Positions 51,101-62,407 of a DNA stretch of 64,000 bases are shown in pieces (position 1 is the first letter of the stretch; each line of letters opens with the position of its first letter). A model generated the notes under the pieces. The model ran no database searches. It had not been told where the DNA came from and saw only the letters and a program-made list of their open reading frames with translations. The position numbers were made by a program, and so were the translations under genes. Origin of the DNA: Eledone cirrhosa (Eukaryota); the NCBI GenBank assembly GCA_964016885.1, contig OZ024756.1:25482001-25546000 (forward strand), written 5' to 3'.

Positions 51101-54100
51101 TTCCCTGGGTTTGACAGGTTATTACAGTCCAAGACCAGATGGGTTGGAGAACCACATCTTGCTCATATGTTCCATATTTTGGCATGATTTCTACACCAAC
51201 CATTTCACAGAGTGCACTGGATGTATTTCATTAACACCAGCACTTCCATTTTACAGAGTGTACAGGATGTATATCATTCTGATACCAGCACTACCACTTT
51301 ACACTGTGTACTGGGTGTATTTCATTGAGACCAGCACTTCCATTTTACAGAGTGTACTGGGTGTATTTCTTGTGGCACCTGCACTACCACTTTACAGAAT
51401 ATACTGGATGTATTTCATTGTGGCACCACCACTACCATTTTACAGAATATACTGGATGTATTTCATTGTGGCACCACCACTACCATTTTACAGAATATAC
51501 TGGATGTATTTCATTGTGGCACCACCACTACCATTTTACAGAATATACTGGGTGTATTTTGTTGTGGCACCAGCACTGACATTTTACAGGGTGTATTTTA
51601 AACATGTACCCACACCAAACCACTATTTAAACTTTTTAATATTATTGAAACCTCTTCTTCATTTTCCAGGATAAAAGATTTAGAAAATATGAAATCTTCC
51701 AAGCCTAAGAAGACAACCAAGACTAAACAAAAGAAATTTTATAATGTTGAAGATCTGAATATAGAGAAGGCAGCTCAAGAATACTTGGAATTTGGTGAGG
51801 AGCTGCAGTCCAAGATTCCATCACAGAAACAATACAAGAGTAAGTATTAGGTTTGTTATTTATTAGTGTTGAACTACTAATGACTTGGTAATTACATTGA
51901 GGGTACACATGTCTATGAAATACTCAGCCATGTAATTCAAAAGTCCAGCTTTGTCACACTGATTCTGCATGGGAGTTACGTTAAGAATGCATGTCTGTGG
52001 AATACTCAACCACTTACACATTAATTCACGAGTTACGTTAAGAATGCATGTCTGTGGAATACTCAACCACTTACACATTAATTCACGAGTTACGTTAAGA
52101 ATGCATGTCTGTGGAATACTCAACCACTTACACATTAATTCACGAGTTACGTTAAGAATGCATGTCTGTGGAATACTCAACCACTTACACATTAATTCAC
52201 GGGTTACGTTAAGAATGCATGTCTGTGGAATACTCAACCACTTACACATTAATTCACGGGTTACGTTAAGAATGCATGTCTGTGGAATACTCAACCACTT
52301 ACATATTAATTCACGGGTTACGTTAAGAATGCATGTCTGGAATACTCAACCACTTACACATTAATTCACGGGTTACGTTAAGAATGCATGTCTGTGGAAT
52401 ACTCAACCACTTACACATTAATTCACGGGTTACGTTAAGAATGCATGTCTGTGGAATACTCAACCACTTACACATTAATTCACGGGTTACGTTAAGAATG
52501 CATGTCTGTGGAATACTCAACCACTTACACATTAATTCACGGGTTACGTTAAGAATGCATGTCTGTGGAATACTCAACCACTTACACATTAATTCACGAG
52601 TTACGTTAAGAATGCATGTCTGTGGAATACTCAACCACTTACACATTAATTCACGAGTTGGACGACCAGTTGGTTGAAAAATTGAATGCTTGTCGTGAAA
52701 TGAAATACCAGTATACTCAACTGTAGTGTATATCATCATCATCATCAATTAATGTCTGTCTTCCACGCTAACGTGGGTTAGGCGAGTCCCATTTAGAGGC
52801 AAGTTGGGTTGGGTGACCATGTTTCGCTCATATAGAAGTCTTTCTGGCTGGGTGCCCTTCCTAATGCCAACCACATTGACAGTGTGTGCTGGCTGCTTTA
52901 TGCCGTGTCTTTTACACATCCACTATATCAAATGAAATACCAATATACCCAACTATAGTGTATATTGTGTATATATATATATGGAGGCACATGGCTTAGT
53001 GGTTAGAGCATTGGCCTTGCAATCGAGAGGTTGTGAGTTCAATTCTCAGACCGGGTGATGTGTTGTTTCCTTGAGCAAGACACTTTATTTCACATTGCTC
53101 CAGTTTACTCAGCTGTAGAAATGAGATGATAGAGACTGGGGTCCATATCATTCCACTGCAAAGTGGTCGTGGAGGTGCCACGGCAAAAAAAAGAACCCAG
53201 CACTCACTGTAAATGAGGTTGGTGTTAGGAAGGGCATCCAGCTGTAGAAATCAGTTCCCGTCTCACCCTTGCAAGCAGGGAAAAGTGGACGTAAAATGAA
53301 ATGAAATGAATGATGAAATGTAGTATACATTGTGTATATATCAAATGAAATATCAATGTACCCAACTATAGTTTACATTGAACATATATCAAATGAAATA
53401 TCAATATACCCAACTATAGTTTACATTGTGTGTATGTATCAAATGAAATACCAATATCCAACTATATAGTTGTTGCGGTGTACCCAGAGTAGCCCTTCCT
53501 AATGGCAGCCACGTTACAAAGTCTGCAAAAATTCACAAAAAATTTCTACTTCAGAGTTAATCCTGTTTGGGACTGTACTATCATTGAGGTTTGAGAAAGC
53601 TTGCTCGTGTTAATATGAAGTTTTGGTAAAGAATTAGATGACAACTGAAAATTTGAAAGAATCGAGGAAAACTGAGATTGCAAGAAGAATATGATCTTGG
53701 TCTCTGATAACCATTTGACTAGATGGTAGTTGGGGGAAGAATTGAGGAAACCTGGGTCTCTGGTAACCACTAGTCTAACATACAAAATTTCTATTGCAGA
53801 ACTAGAAAGAATCCGTCAGAAGAAACTAGATGAAGCGGAAAAGTTGAATGGAAAGCACAAGGAAGAAGATAGAGACAACGTGATGGCGGGAGAAGATTGT
53901 GCAGATGAGGATATAGTGGAAATGGCTTCTGAGTTTATAGATTTTGAAGCTGAGGAGGAGGAGGGCAGAGAGGAAGAAGAGGATTGTGATTTTATTGTTG
54001 AAGATGGGGAGGAGGAGGAGGAAGATACTTGTGATGATGGTGATGGCAAAGATATGTGTGAAGGGGAGGAGGAGAATATGAGCGAAAGCAGTTTAGATGA

Positions 54101-55116
54101 TGAAAAGGAAGAGACACTGGTTGATAAAGAGGATGGATTAGTGAACAGTGGTGGTGGTGGTGGTGATGATGATGGTTATGATGACGAAGGTGAAGAAGAT
54201 GGTAGTGATGATGGATTGGAATTTGATGCTGAAGAAGCATTCTTGAATATGGAGGAGGGGGGCAGTGAAGAGGAAGGGAGTGTTGATGATGTCAGTTGTT
54301 ACATTGTGGACATACAGACAGACAACTGTGGTGGTGGTGGTGAGGGCCAGAAAAGTCAATGTAAGACCCAGGCTGGTCAAAAGTCTAAGACCAAGAAAGA
54401 TGGGGCCAGTAAAGGTAAATTAGAATCTACTCAGGGCAAATGTAAGCGGAAAAATGTCACTCCAAGTGATGAAGGTGAGGGGGAAGAGGACAGGGTGAAG
54501 AAGAAGATGAAGATGTTGATGGAAATGATGGCGAGTAAAAAATTGAAAACAAAAAAGAAAAAGAAGCGGGCAGTGGCTGTACTTGACTGTGATACACACA
54601 GTGCTCCTGAGAGGGCATCTCAATCGAACTCTAATTTTCTTTCTTTGGTGGATTTTGAAAGAAGTGATGAGAAGCGAGGAGAGATCTGTGGCTTGGATGG
54701 TGAACAGACACTCGTGAAAAAGAAGGTGAAAAATAATAGGAAAAAAAAGCAGCAGCAGCAACAAAATAAAGAGGGGAGTGTAACAAAGAAAGAGGTAAGG
54801 CATTTTATTCAGTGTGTGTTTGTTCTCTAATTTGGTTGTATGTCCTAGATTTGTTGTTTTTACTGTCGACTGCCCCTCATTCTGTAATATAAGGTTGTAT
54901 ATATTTATAAAATACTGTAAGAACCTTTCTCATGCTCTAACTACCAACTTCATAATGAGTTTTTTATGTCTTTATTTCAATTAATTAAAAAATTCTGAGA
55001 GATTTACTAACATTATTTTATTACTAAGTTGATGTGTGGTTCTTACATATATACAGACACACATGCACATATATATATATGTGTGTGTGGTCTTATTAGT
55101 CATAACTAGTTACATC

Positions 55117-55147
<31 letters not shown>

Positions 55148-57717
55148 CTTATGTATGTATATACATGCCAATAAAATAGGCTGAAAATCTGTGGCAAACT
55201 TTATCTTAAATTGAATATATATATACATACATACCCTGTAAGGTGGTTGTGGGGGGATAAAAAAGCATGCAGTCATGCTGTAATGTGGTTGGGGTTAGGA
55301 GGGGCATCCAGCCATAGAAACCAAGCCAGAAACAGGTCTGTATGAGCAAGTCAGGGTCGCCTGACCTGACTTGTCTCATAATGTGAGAACCCATCTAACC
55401 TAAGCAAGCATGGAAAATAGACGTTAAATGATGATAATGATATGTATATATACATACACATACTTTTATCAAGTCTGGAGTCTTAACTAAAACATTTTAT
55501 CCAAATATGTGAATGTCTGTATTATTTCATTTGTATTTCATTTGTTCCATAATCCAGCGTAAAAAGAAGGAAAAGGAAGAGAAGGTTGACTCAAAGCAAT
55601 CATTTCCTCTACCAACTGGGCTGATGATTTCTCCAGATCTCCAGGTTGTATGTGATCAACTGAAAACTAACATCGATGTGACAAAGATGCGAAAGACTTC
55701 TGTGGCAGATAAAAAAATCAAGCGAAAGTTGAATCGTTACTTCGATATGGTTGCTAAGCGTAAGCACTTAAAGGAGGATTTGGTGACAGCTGTTAGTGAC
55801 CTTAATCATAAGGGCAATAATGCTGAATTTTCTACTGCCCTTAATGGTTATCAGGACTGTAATAATAAGAAGACGACTAAACAGAAGAAACATGAAAAGA
55901 CACCTACACCATCATACCCGACAGAAGACTTTATAAAAATCAATCCATCCCCACCAGTGTTTTTCCGGAATGCCTTTTCAAAGGTTAAAAATAAAAAGTC
56001 TAAGAGACAGAAGAAAAATGTAAGTCTTCATTTTTTTCTCTTTTACTATTATTATTGGGAGAGGCTTTGTAGCCAGTAAGAGTGTCAGACACCATGAGTT
56101 GCAGCTTTTTATGGTCTGAGTTAAGACAATTTGAAATCTTTTCCACCATCAATTGTTAAAAAAACAAATTAAAATCATTTAGTTGTCTATTCGTAACATA
56201 GGTTACACTTTAGTTACATTCACACACATCTACATGTAGGTACATAAACAGATACAAACAGAAGTGTAAACCCATACATATTCATAAATAGACACATTAT
56301 ACAAAATAATTATTACATACAGACACATCTATGAATGATTGAGGAAGGAAGGGACTTGTGTAACGCCATAGCGATATGCGTGTTGCGTCCCTTTAGGGTT
56401 TACCAGCTACATAGCCTATTCGGTTATTGTTCCTTCTTTTGCACAGTGATTATCTATTAACACTGGATCATTTAATTGACCCCTATCAAGTTATGTAATC
56501 TCAGAGAAACAATGCTTTCTTCAGGATATTTGTTATTTGTGGTTTACAAAATTGTTTTCTTTGGAACTGATGCCAATTGTATCAAGATGTTTCTGAAGAT
56601 ATAGCATCAGCAGAAAATGCACAGTTACATAAGACGAACATATAGCTCTCTTTACCTCATCAGCCACCTTGCTGGCAGTGCAATTTCACATATTAACCCT
56701 TTAGTACTTAAACTGCCCGTATCCAGCCGGATTTCTCTTACCTCTTTCTTTTCAAACCGGCTATAACTGGCCACTTATACTAATGTTAAAGTATTGTTAC
56801 AGAATAGTAGAATTTTATCAATATTTTAATATTTAAATTTTTTTTCTTATATTTCCTGAAGTCTAAAGTTACCTCAACAGAAGCACAAGACAATATAGCT
56901 TTGCAGGACAGAAAATCGGTCAGTTTTGACATGAAACAAAACAAAGGTAAATTGATCATTTGTTGTTCTTTTTAATTACTATTTAAGTGGAATCTACCTG
57001 TATGTGTTGATGCAGCATTTGTGTACATTAGTGTAGTATTTATTTTACCATATATCCCTGTGTTGTAAAAGGTTGGCATCAGGAAGAGCATCTGGCTGTA
57101 AAATATTGTCTCAAAACATACTGATCAGCCCATATACCAGCATGGAAGAGTGAATGTAAAAAAAGATGGTATCTCTCCCTCTGTATATATATCATCATCA
57201 TCATCGTTTAACGTCCATCTTCCACGCTAGCATTGGTTAGACAGGATTGTCCCACTTGAAGCAAGATTGGTCGGGTGATCATGTCTCGCTTGTATAGAAC
57301 TGTGTCTGGCAGGCTTTCCATGGCTGGATGCCCTTCCTAACACCAACCACATTTACAGTGTGAACTGGGAGCCTTTTTACCGTGTCTCCTACATAACCAC
57401 TTTACAGCGTATATATACACACATAAATATGATCGTGTTTTTTTTTTTTCATTGTCTGTTCTTGTCTCATGCTCAGATTTTGAATTAGGTATGTGTGTGT
57501 GTGTGTGTGTATAAATTTGATGTATTTTAAATTGATTTCAGCATTTCTGCCAGAGACGCCAATCAGCTCCGAAGAGCCTTTCAATTCCCAAAAGAAACCG
57601 AAAACAGGTATTTTGAAAAGTTCTCCATCACCAATTCTTGTTCAGAACAAGAGTCAGAAAAAGCAAAAGAAGAAACAAAAAAATTGGAGACGGCAGAAAG
57701 CAGCAGATTTTTTCTAA
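45049..57717 (+). CDS. RRP1: Ribosomal RNA processing protein 1 (Nop52 family), RRP1B-like long form, about 918 aa
   Basis: join(45049-45181,46399-46481,48520-48663,48826-49020,49847-49911,50299-50449,50971-51068,51670-51839,53800-54794,55558-56019,56862-56946,57542-57717) = 2757 nt with consistent phases. Nop52 motifs EIQLAQ.LAGNE, WKG..Y..WMQDKP, REW.GID..RLDKF; C-terminal KSVSF, KP..GILK and ADFF*. Confidence 0.92.
46399..46481 (+). CDS. RRP1: RRP1 exon 2
   Basis: FTKIWKGIHYRLWMQDKPLVQ; ccag| and |gtaagt. Confidence 0.93.
46680..48390 (+). mobile_element. Degenerate RTE-clade LINE (second family) in RRP1 intron 2
   Basis: Endonuclease motifs VQVYGPN and ELSTDHHLVICNL; RT motifs FVDLEKAYD and FAGDI; same family as 35890-36865. 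Confidence 0.85.
48520..48663 (+). CDS. RRP1: RRP1 exon 3
   Basis: EKLVDEI...REWCGIDQHRLDKFMM; donor gttagt. Confidence 0.93.
48826..49020 (+). CDS. RRP1: RRP1 exon 4
   Basis: LVREFV...SGW...LHVIDVYPLELKKV; donor CAG|gtcagt. Confidence 0.9.
49847..49911 (+). CDS. RRP1: RRP1 exon 5
   Basis: LTTDTATHFFTGFV; phase 2 exit, gtaagt. Confidence 0.8.
50299..50449 (+). CDS. RRP1: RRP1 exon 6
   Basis: ttatag|T CCT; donor ACA|gtaagt. Confidence 0.8.
50971..51068 (+). CDS. RRP1: RRP1 exon 7
   Basis: SKRRKQLYGLVR (RK.LY motif); donor AG|gtaagc. Confidence 0.85.
51195..51600. repeat. 48-bp tandem array, about 8-9 copies, RTE-5'UTR-derived unit
   Basis: tttacagaatatactggatgtatttcattgtggcaccaccactaccat; the central copies are identical. 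Confidence 0.9.
51670..51839 (+). CDS. RRP1: RRP1 exon 8
   Basis: ttccag|G ATA AAA GAT; donor A|gtaagt, phase 1. Confidence 0.82.
51973..52654. repeat. Highly homogeneous 57-bp tandem array, 12 copies
   Basis: g(a/g)gttacgttaagaatgcatgtctgtggaatactcaaccacttacacattaattcac; one copy has a 2-bp deletion. Confidence 0.97.
52983..53316 (+). mobile_element. tRNA-derived CORE-type SINE with bipartite RTE-derived 3' half
   Basis: A box TGGCTTAGTGG, B box GAGTTCAATTC, CORE-like ccttgagcaagacactt...cagctgtagaaatg, then an RTE 5'-UTR segment and the RTE 3' tail. Confidence 0.85.
53800..54794 (+). CDS. RRP1: RRP1 exon 9 (very acidic then Lys-rich)
   Basis: ttgcag|AA phase 1 in the 366-aa ORF; donor GAG|gtaagg. 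Confidence 0.88.
55558..56019 (+). CDS. RRP1: RRP1 exon 10
   Basis: atccag|CGT; DFIKINPSPPVFFR; donor AAT|gtaagt. Confidence 0.85.
56862..56946 (+). CDS. RRP1: RRP1 exon 11 (RVxF-type motif)
   Basis: RKSVSFDMKQN; donor G|gtaaat, phase 1. Confidence 0.8.
57542..57717 (+). CDS. RRP1: RRP1 terminal exon 12
   Basis: tttcag|CA; FNSQKKPKTGILKS...RRQKAADFF*; AATAAA immediately downstream. Confidence 0.88.
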
Positions 57718-58274
57718 TAAAAAAAATAATAAAAAGTTTGTCTTTTTTTTCTTTCTTTTTTTAAATTATCGACTAGTAGATGCTAGTGGTTAGGGTGTTG
57801 GACTCATGATTATAAGGTCATGGGTTCAATTTCATTTTGTGTGAATGCTGCTTTTCATAAATCATAAAACTTGAGGCATTCTCTTTAAAACACCCAAGAA
57901 ACTTTGTAGGAGGTGAGCTTAGCAACAACAACATGATAGGAATGGTACCCCTATCGTTAAAACATCCAAGAATCCTATGAGATACATCTTAGGAGCACTG
58001 TACCTATAAATCAGCCATGTGTTGAATTTCCCTAGGAATTATGTTATTGGTTATGCTCAGCAACTTTCATGTAAATTTCACAAACAGGTTATGTCGTTGA
58101 TGATACAATTGGTACACTCATTGCAACTGATGGAGGACCAGAGCATTTCTGCTATTTCTTCAACCTCTCCTCACTCCCAAAATAGATTGCTTGTATATTT
58201 ACTGCCAGATGACAACACATCCATCTCCAGCATCAGCTTGTATTTACTACCAACAGAAAACACCACCTCAACCA

Positions 58275-58558
58275 TCAGCCTATAATGATATGTGTATCTG
58301 TGTGCAGCAAGATGCTGACTAATTGAATACCTCTCTTCCATCCCTGGACTTTACTCCAGAGGTCATCCAATGCGTAGTACTTGGAAGCAGGTGAATGTCT
58401 CCAGTGGATCTCTGATTGAGTCTGTGGGGTCACTGAACCAGAATTTAGCCGGACCATATTCTGGTAGTTTTGGAAACTGCCTGCTAGTTCACAGAGGATT
58501 TCTGCCTGAGTCAAATCCCCAATACTGGATACACTCCCATCCTGTAGCTTTAATGCAT
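58275..58558 (-). CDS. BBS12: BBS12-like terminal exon
   Basis: Acceptor ttgacag|AT; ends HTDTHIIIG*. Confidence 0.82.
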
Positions 58559-61500
58559 CTGTCAAATAAAACAAAAAAATAAAAAGTCTGGGGTTGCTTG
58601 ACTGATGATGATCATCGTTTTTCCATACTGGCATTGGTTGGACAGTTGTCAGTTCAGAGCAACCTCTGAACCAGTAAAAAAAACAACATACAAATGAATG
58701 TGTTGTCCCAGCATGGCCACAGTCTAATGTCTGAAACCAGTGAAAAAGAGACCCAACTTTACATGATGTTGTGATAATAGAGATGAAGTGAACTGACCTG
58801 ATCTAGTCTGAAGATATTTTGCAATCTGCATCTCTGTGATTCCACATCCAGCAAGGAATTTACCATGTCTTAACACACTGGAAACACGATGACAACACAA
58901 CCAGAATTCTTGTTCTAACACATCAAGGCCTGCACATGTGCCATGACGCAATACTAGAGTCTGCAGTGAAGAAAACATACAAAACAAAACAAAGAAATCT
59001 TTATTGTAACTTGTAGGGCAATGGATTAGCAGTATTGGTAGAGCATCAAGCAACATACTTAGTGGCATATAGTTACATCCATTTACATTCTGAGTTCAAA
59101 TTCCACCAAGGTTAGCTTTGCCTTTTGTCCTTACACGATCGATTAAATAAAGTACCAGTAATGCACTGGAGTTGGTTTAATTGATTTTCCCTTCCCCAAA
59201 AATAGTTGGCCTTGTGCCAAAAGTAGAAGCAATTATTATTTGGGCGGGGAATTGGCAGTATCAGTGGAGCATCAACCAGCATACTTTGCAGCTTATAATT
59301 ATGATCTGTTACGTTCTGAGTTCAAATCCTGCCAAGGTTAGCTTTGCCTTTCATATTTACAGGGTTGATAAAATAAGGTACCAGTAACGCACTGGAGTCA
59401 TTTAATTGACTTTCTCCTCCCCTTCAATTTGCTAGCCTTAATTCTTGTTTAACATAAAACCTGGGATGGTTTCAAGAAGTTTTGTAACAAAGAGGTTAAG
59501 GAAACAAGTATCTGTGGAATACTCAACCACTTTTCACTATAATTGAATGGTTTTGATTTAGCACCATTTATCCAAATACAAATATTCAGGCATTCGTATA
59601 GACATCAGAGCAACAAGAAGCTAACCAATGATCTCATACTCCTGCAGAACCTTCCACATCAGGTCCTGGGGAATGCAATTATATGTCTTTTCGTGGTCTA
59701 CAAAATAAGAATATACCTCTTGGCAATACTCCCAATATTTCTCGAAAACCTGCCATATTTGTAACATAACTTAGTAAATGGTTCTTATATAAAATTATGT
59801 TGGCACATTTTAATTCAAATAGGAATCTTTTAATCCTTCGTGGTCATATTTCTAAGGAAATGTACTCTGTTCCAATTAATTAATGATGAATTTTGAGAGA
59901 TTTACTAAAATTATGTTGGAAGATTTTATTTTTTTAAATGGGGGCTCTTGTTTCATGGAATCAGAGCTGATTTTGGTTGTGTTAGTATTGACATTGTTAA
60001 CATTAGAGAGTTTTTCAGGGCCCCTTCCACTCCCACTGTTCTTTCATCTCTTTGCCGACTGTTCCTTCTTCTCCACACCCACGTTTTAGTTGTAAACACC
60101 ATTCACTTGACAAAAAAACCCAAAACTTCCATACCTGAACTTCAGACTGATTTGAGTGAAGAACCAGAAATGTTTTCGTATTGTTCTGTGGAACAGAATT
60201 GAGGACATTCACAGTTACACCAGATATTGTATTTTCCTGACAAGAAAAAATAGAGAAACAAAATCTAGCATGAAGACCCAGTTTTCAACATTGTTTAGAA
60301 ATCTGTCACCAATATAGAGTCTTCAGATCAAATTATCTGAAAACCTACCTCAATACATGTACCATCATTTCATCTCATTTAACCCTTTAACATTTACATT
60401 ACTCTATATTTACTATTGTATTTTCACAGTAAACGCTTTATTTCACATAATATCAAATCTACAAGATTATTTATTTTGAGAACAATAACTTAATGTTGCT
60501 ATGAGTTGCTGGTTATGATTGGTTTGAAAGAGGTGAGAGAATTCTGACTGGATACAGCCAGTTTAAATGCTAAAGAGTTAAATATCATAAATCCATTCTC
60601 AAGGCTGTGAATTAGCTGTATTCATTCTGGCTTTCTATGCTCTGAGGTCGAATTTTTTATTGACATTACTGAGATTTTCTCCACTCAATTCACACAGACT
60701 GAAATACTCACACATTCACACTCTCTTATCCACATACACACCATCCTCAATCCAAATGTGACCTACTATTGTGGCATCTATTACGTAAACAATGGGGTCA
60801 GTGTTGTAAGCAAGGGTCCTCATTGTTGTGTGACCAACAGAGTCAAAGACTAGAATATGGTGACTGGACAGCATGGTCTTCAGTTGGTCATCAACCTGAC
60901 CTCTGGCAATCACAATTGTTACATTCAGCTGTGGGAGACAGAACAAAAATATAAATTACCAATCATCATCATTATCACCATTAGTGTTGTGGTGAGGGGA
61001 GACTCATAGTTGGGTGATTGTTGATCTTCTACAAAACACCTTGGAGAGACACTCATGGTTAGTCAGTCATCATCACTGTTTTATGTCAATTTTTCCATGC
61101 TAGCATGGGTTAGACTATACATTGGTCAATCATGATCAAAGGAAGGCTTTTCCTTCTTAAAGATTCTGTCAGTTTGTCACCTTATAACAAGGTCTAGCAG
61201 GATTAAACCCTACTTACCTTCTTGATAATCCATTGAACTTGTTCCAGCCATCTGTCTTTCTCAGATACTGTCTTAGAGATGAACTCATCATATGAACATT
61301 CTTCTTTCACTACAGCGAGCTTCTTGTAACCAATGTGGTGGCTGTTGTAGCTGACATCTCCATTGAGAAGCTTCCAGAAAAGACAAACACAAAAAAGCCC
61401 TATAAATCTGTTTTATGAGGAACAATTTGAAATACATAAGGTATATACTGCAGCCCCTATTCCACTAATCCTTTTGTTACTAATACCATATTTCTAATAA

Positions 61501-62030
61501 AGATACTGCATATGATTTTCAAATAATTTTGAAAATAATCTAAAATATATATGAATTTAGTAATTTAACAAACTTTCTTATTATTAACCCTTTTATTGCC
61601 ATATTTCAAATGAAAGCCACTGGCTAGACTTTAAATAATGGAGAATTTAGAAAGATTTTGTAACATACCTAATTTTCTCATTATTTAACTGGTGTTTAGA
61701 ACATAATTTAAAGATACTTACAAAAAATTATAAACACTTTAAAACAAACAGTTTTATGTTGTAAAATCAAGGTGGGTTTGGTACAAACAGTTTTGCACTG
61801 TAGAATCAAGGTGGGTTTGGTACAAACATGCTGTTGTCATAGATAGTGATGTTCACTCAAAATATGGTAATGAAAGGGTTAAAGTCACAGACAGTCTTTT
61901 ATTAGAAATATGGTAGCACATGGATTAAAAACAATATAGAAAGATAAGAGTGAAATATTTCTTACAAGAACAGTGTGAGGTTTATCTTGCATAATACAAA
62001 ATGTTTCTTGATGCAATGGTAGGACCACTC
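58275..62030 (-). CDS. BBS12: Bardet-Biedl syndrome 12-like chaperonin, 3' portion (5' exons outside the window)
   Basis: complement(join(58275-58558,58798-58960,60135-60236,60767-60928,61218-61370,61966-62030)) with consistent phases. Motifs VLLLNGDVSYNSHHIGY, IVIARGQV, EQEFWLCCHRV...FLAGCG.TE and DDLWSKVQGWKRGIQLVSILLHTD..IIG recall human BBS12. Confidence 0.8.
58798..58960 (-). CDS. BBS12: BBS12-like exon
   Basis: TLVLRHG...EQEFWLCCHRV...AGCGITE; donor G|gtcagt. Confidence 0.82.
59020..59440 (+). mobile_element. Two tandem SINE copies
   Basis: Same family as 31558-31790. Confidence 0.75.
60135..60236 (-). CDS. BBS12: BBS12-like exon
   Basis: ttgtcag|GAA ENTISGVTVNV...EVQ|gtatgg. Confidence 0.75.
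60379..60581. mobile_element. piggyBac-like TTAA MITE (family 1)
   Basis: TTAA-CCCTTTAACATTTA ... TAAATGCTAAAGAG-TTAA. Confidence 0.75.
60767..60928 (-). CDS. BBS12: BBS12-like exon
   Basis: cacag|CTG LNVTIVIARGQV...VIDATI|gtaggt. Confidence 0.8.
61218..61370 (-). CDS. BBS12: BBS12-like exon
   Basis: LLNGDVSYNSHHIGYKK...WLEQVQWIIKK|gtaagt. Confidence 0.8.
61966..62030 (-). CDS. BBS12: BBS12-like exon
   Basis: cccag|GA VVLPLHQETFCIMQDKPHTVL|gtaaga. Confidence 0.7.
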
Positions 62031-62407
62031 CTGGGACAAAATAAGAGTTTTTAATGGTAGGACCTTGAATACAGCAAGTGTGGAGCCTTTTAATATCCAG
62101 TCTACAACAAGATCAAATAGAAGGATATTAATGAAAAAGACTGCCTAACATTATCGTGTGTATATATATGGACTTGTAACTCCTGGTGGAGTTGTAGGGG
62201 TACTGTAGTGACATAGAACATATCCTGGACATTTTAAACTTGGTAGAGCTCATCTTTTGTTCAAGTCTGAATGTAACCAATTACTTCCAGAAATGGAGAG
62301 AAAGAGTGATAGACAGGAAATAAAGAAGGACTGGTACTTTTTTATCAACCTCGAAAAGATGAAAAGATAACCATTTTATATATGGTTCTTATATATATAC
62401 CAGTAAC

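Noticed and set aside
51863-52748. Repetitive 114-143 aa ORFs on both strands, or a CRISPR-like array
   Set aside because: These are translations of a 57-bp (19-codon) tandem repeat. There are no unique spacers or cas genes, and the context is a eukaryotic intron.
52983-53055. tRNA gene
   Set aside because: A/B boxes are present, but there is no convincing cloverleaf and it continues into a SINE body. The same holds for the other tRNA-like heads.
53520-53770. Possible retroelement RT fragment on the minus strand (PNYHLVKWL)
   Set aside because: Too short and degenerate to classify by eye.
53816-54803. Minus-strand Ser/His/Thr-rich ORFs
   Set aside because: Antisense shadows of the acidic RRP1 exon 9.
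56385-56405. Telomerase RNA template (AACCCTAA on the minus strand)
   Set aside because: Only a short match, with no downstream pseudoknot or H/ACA domain visible.
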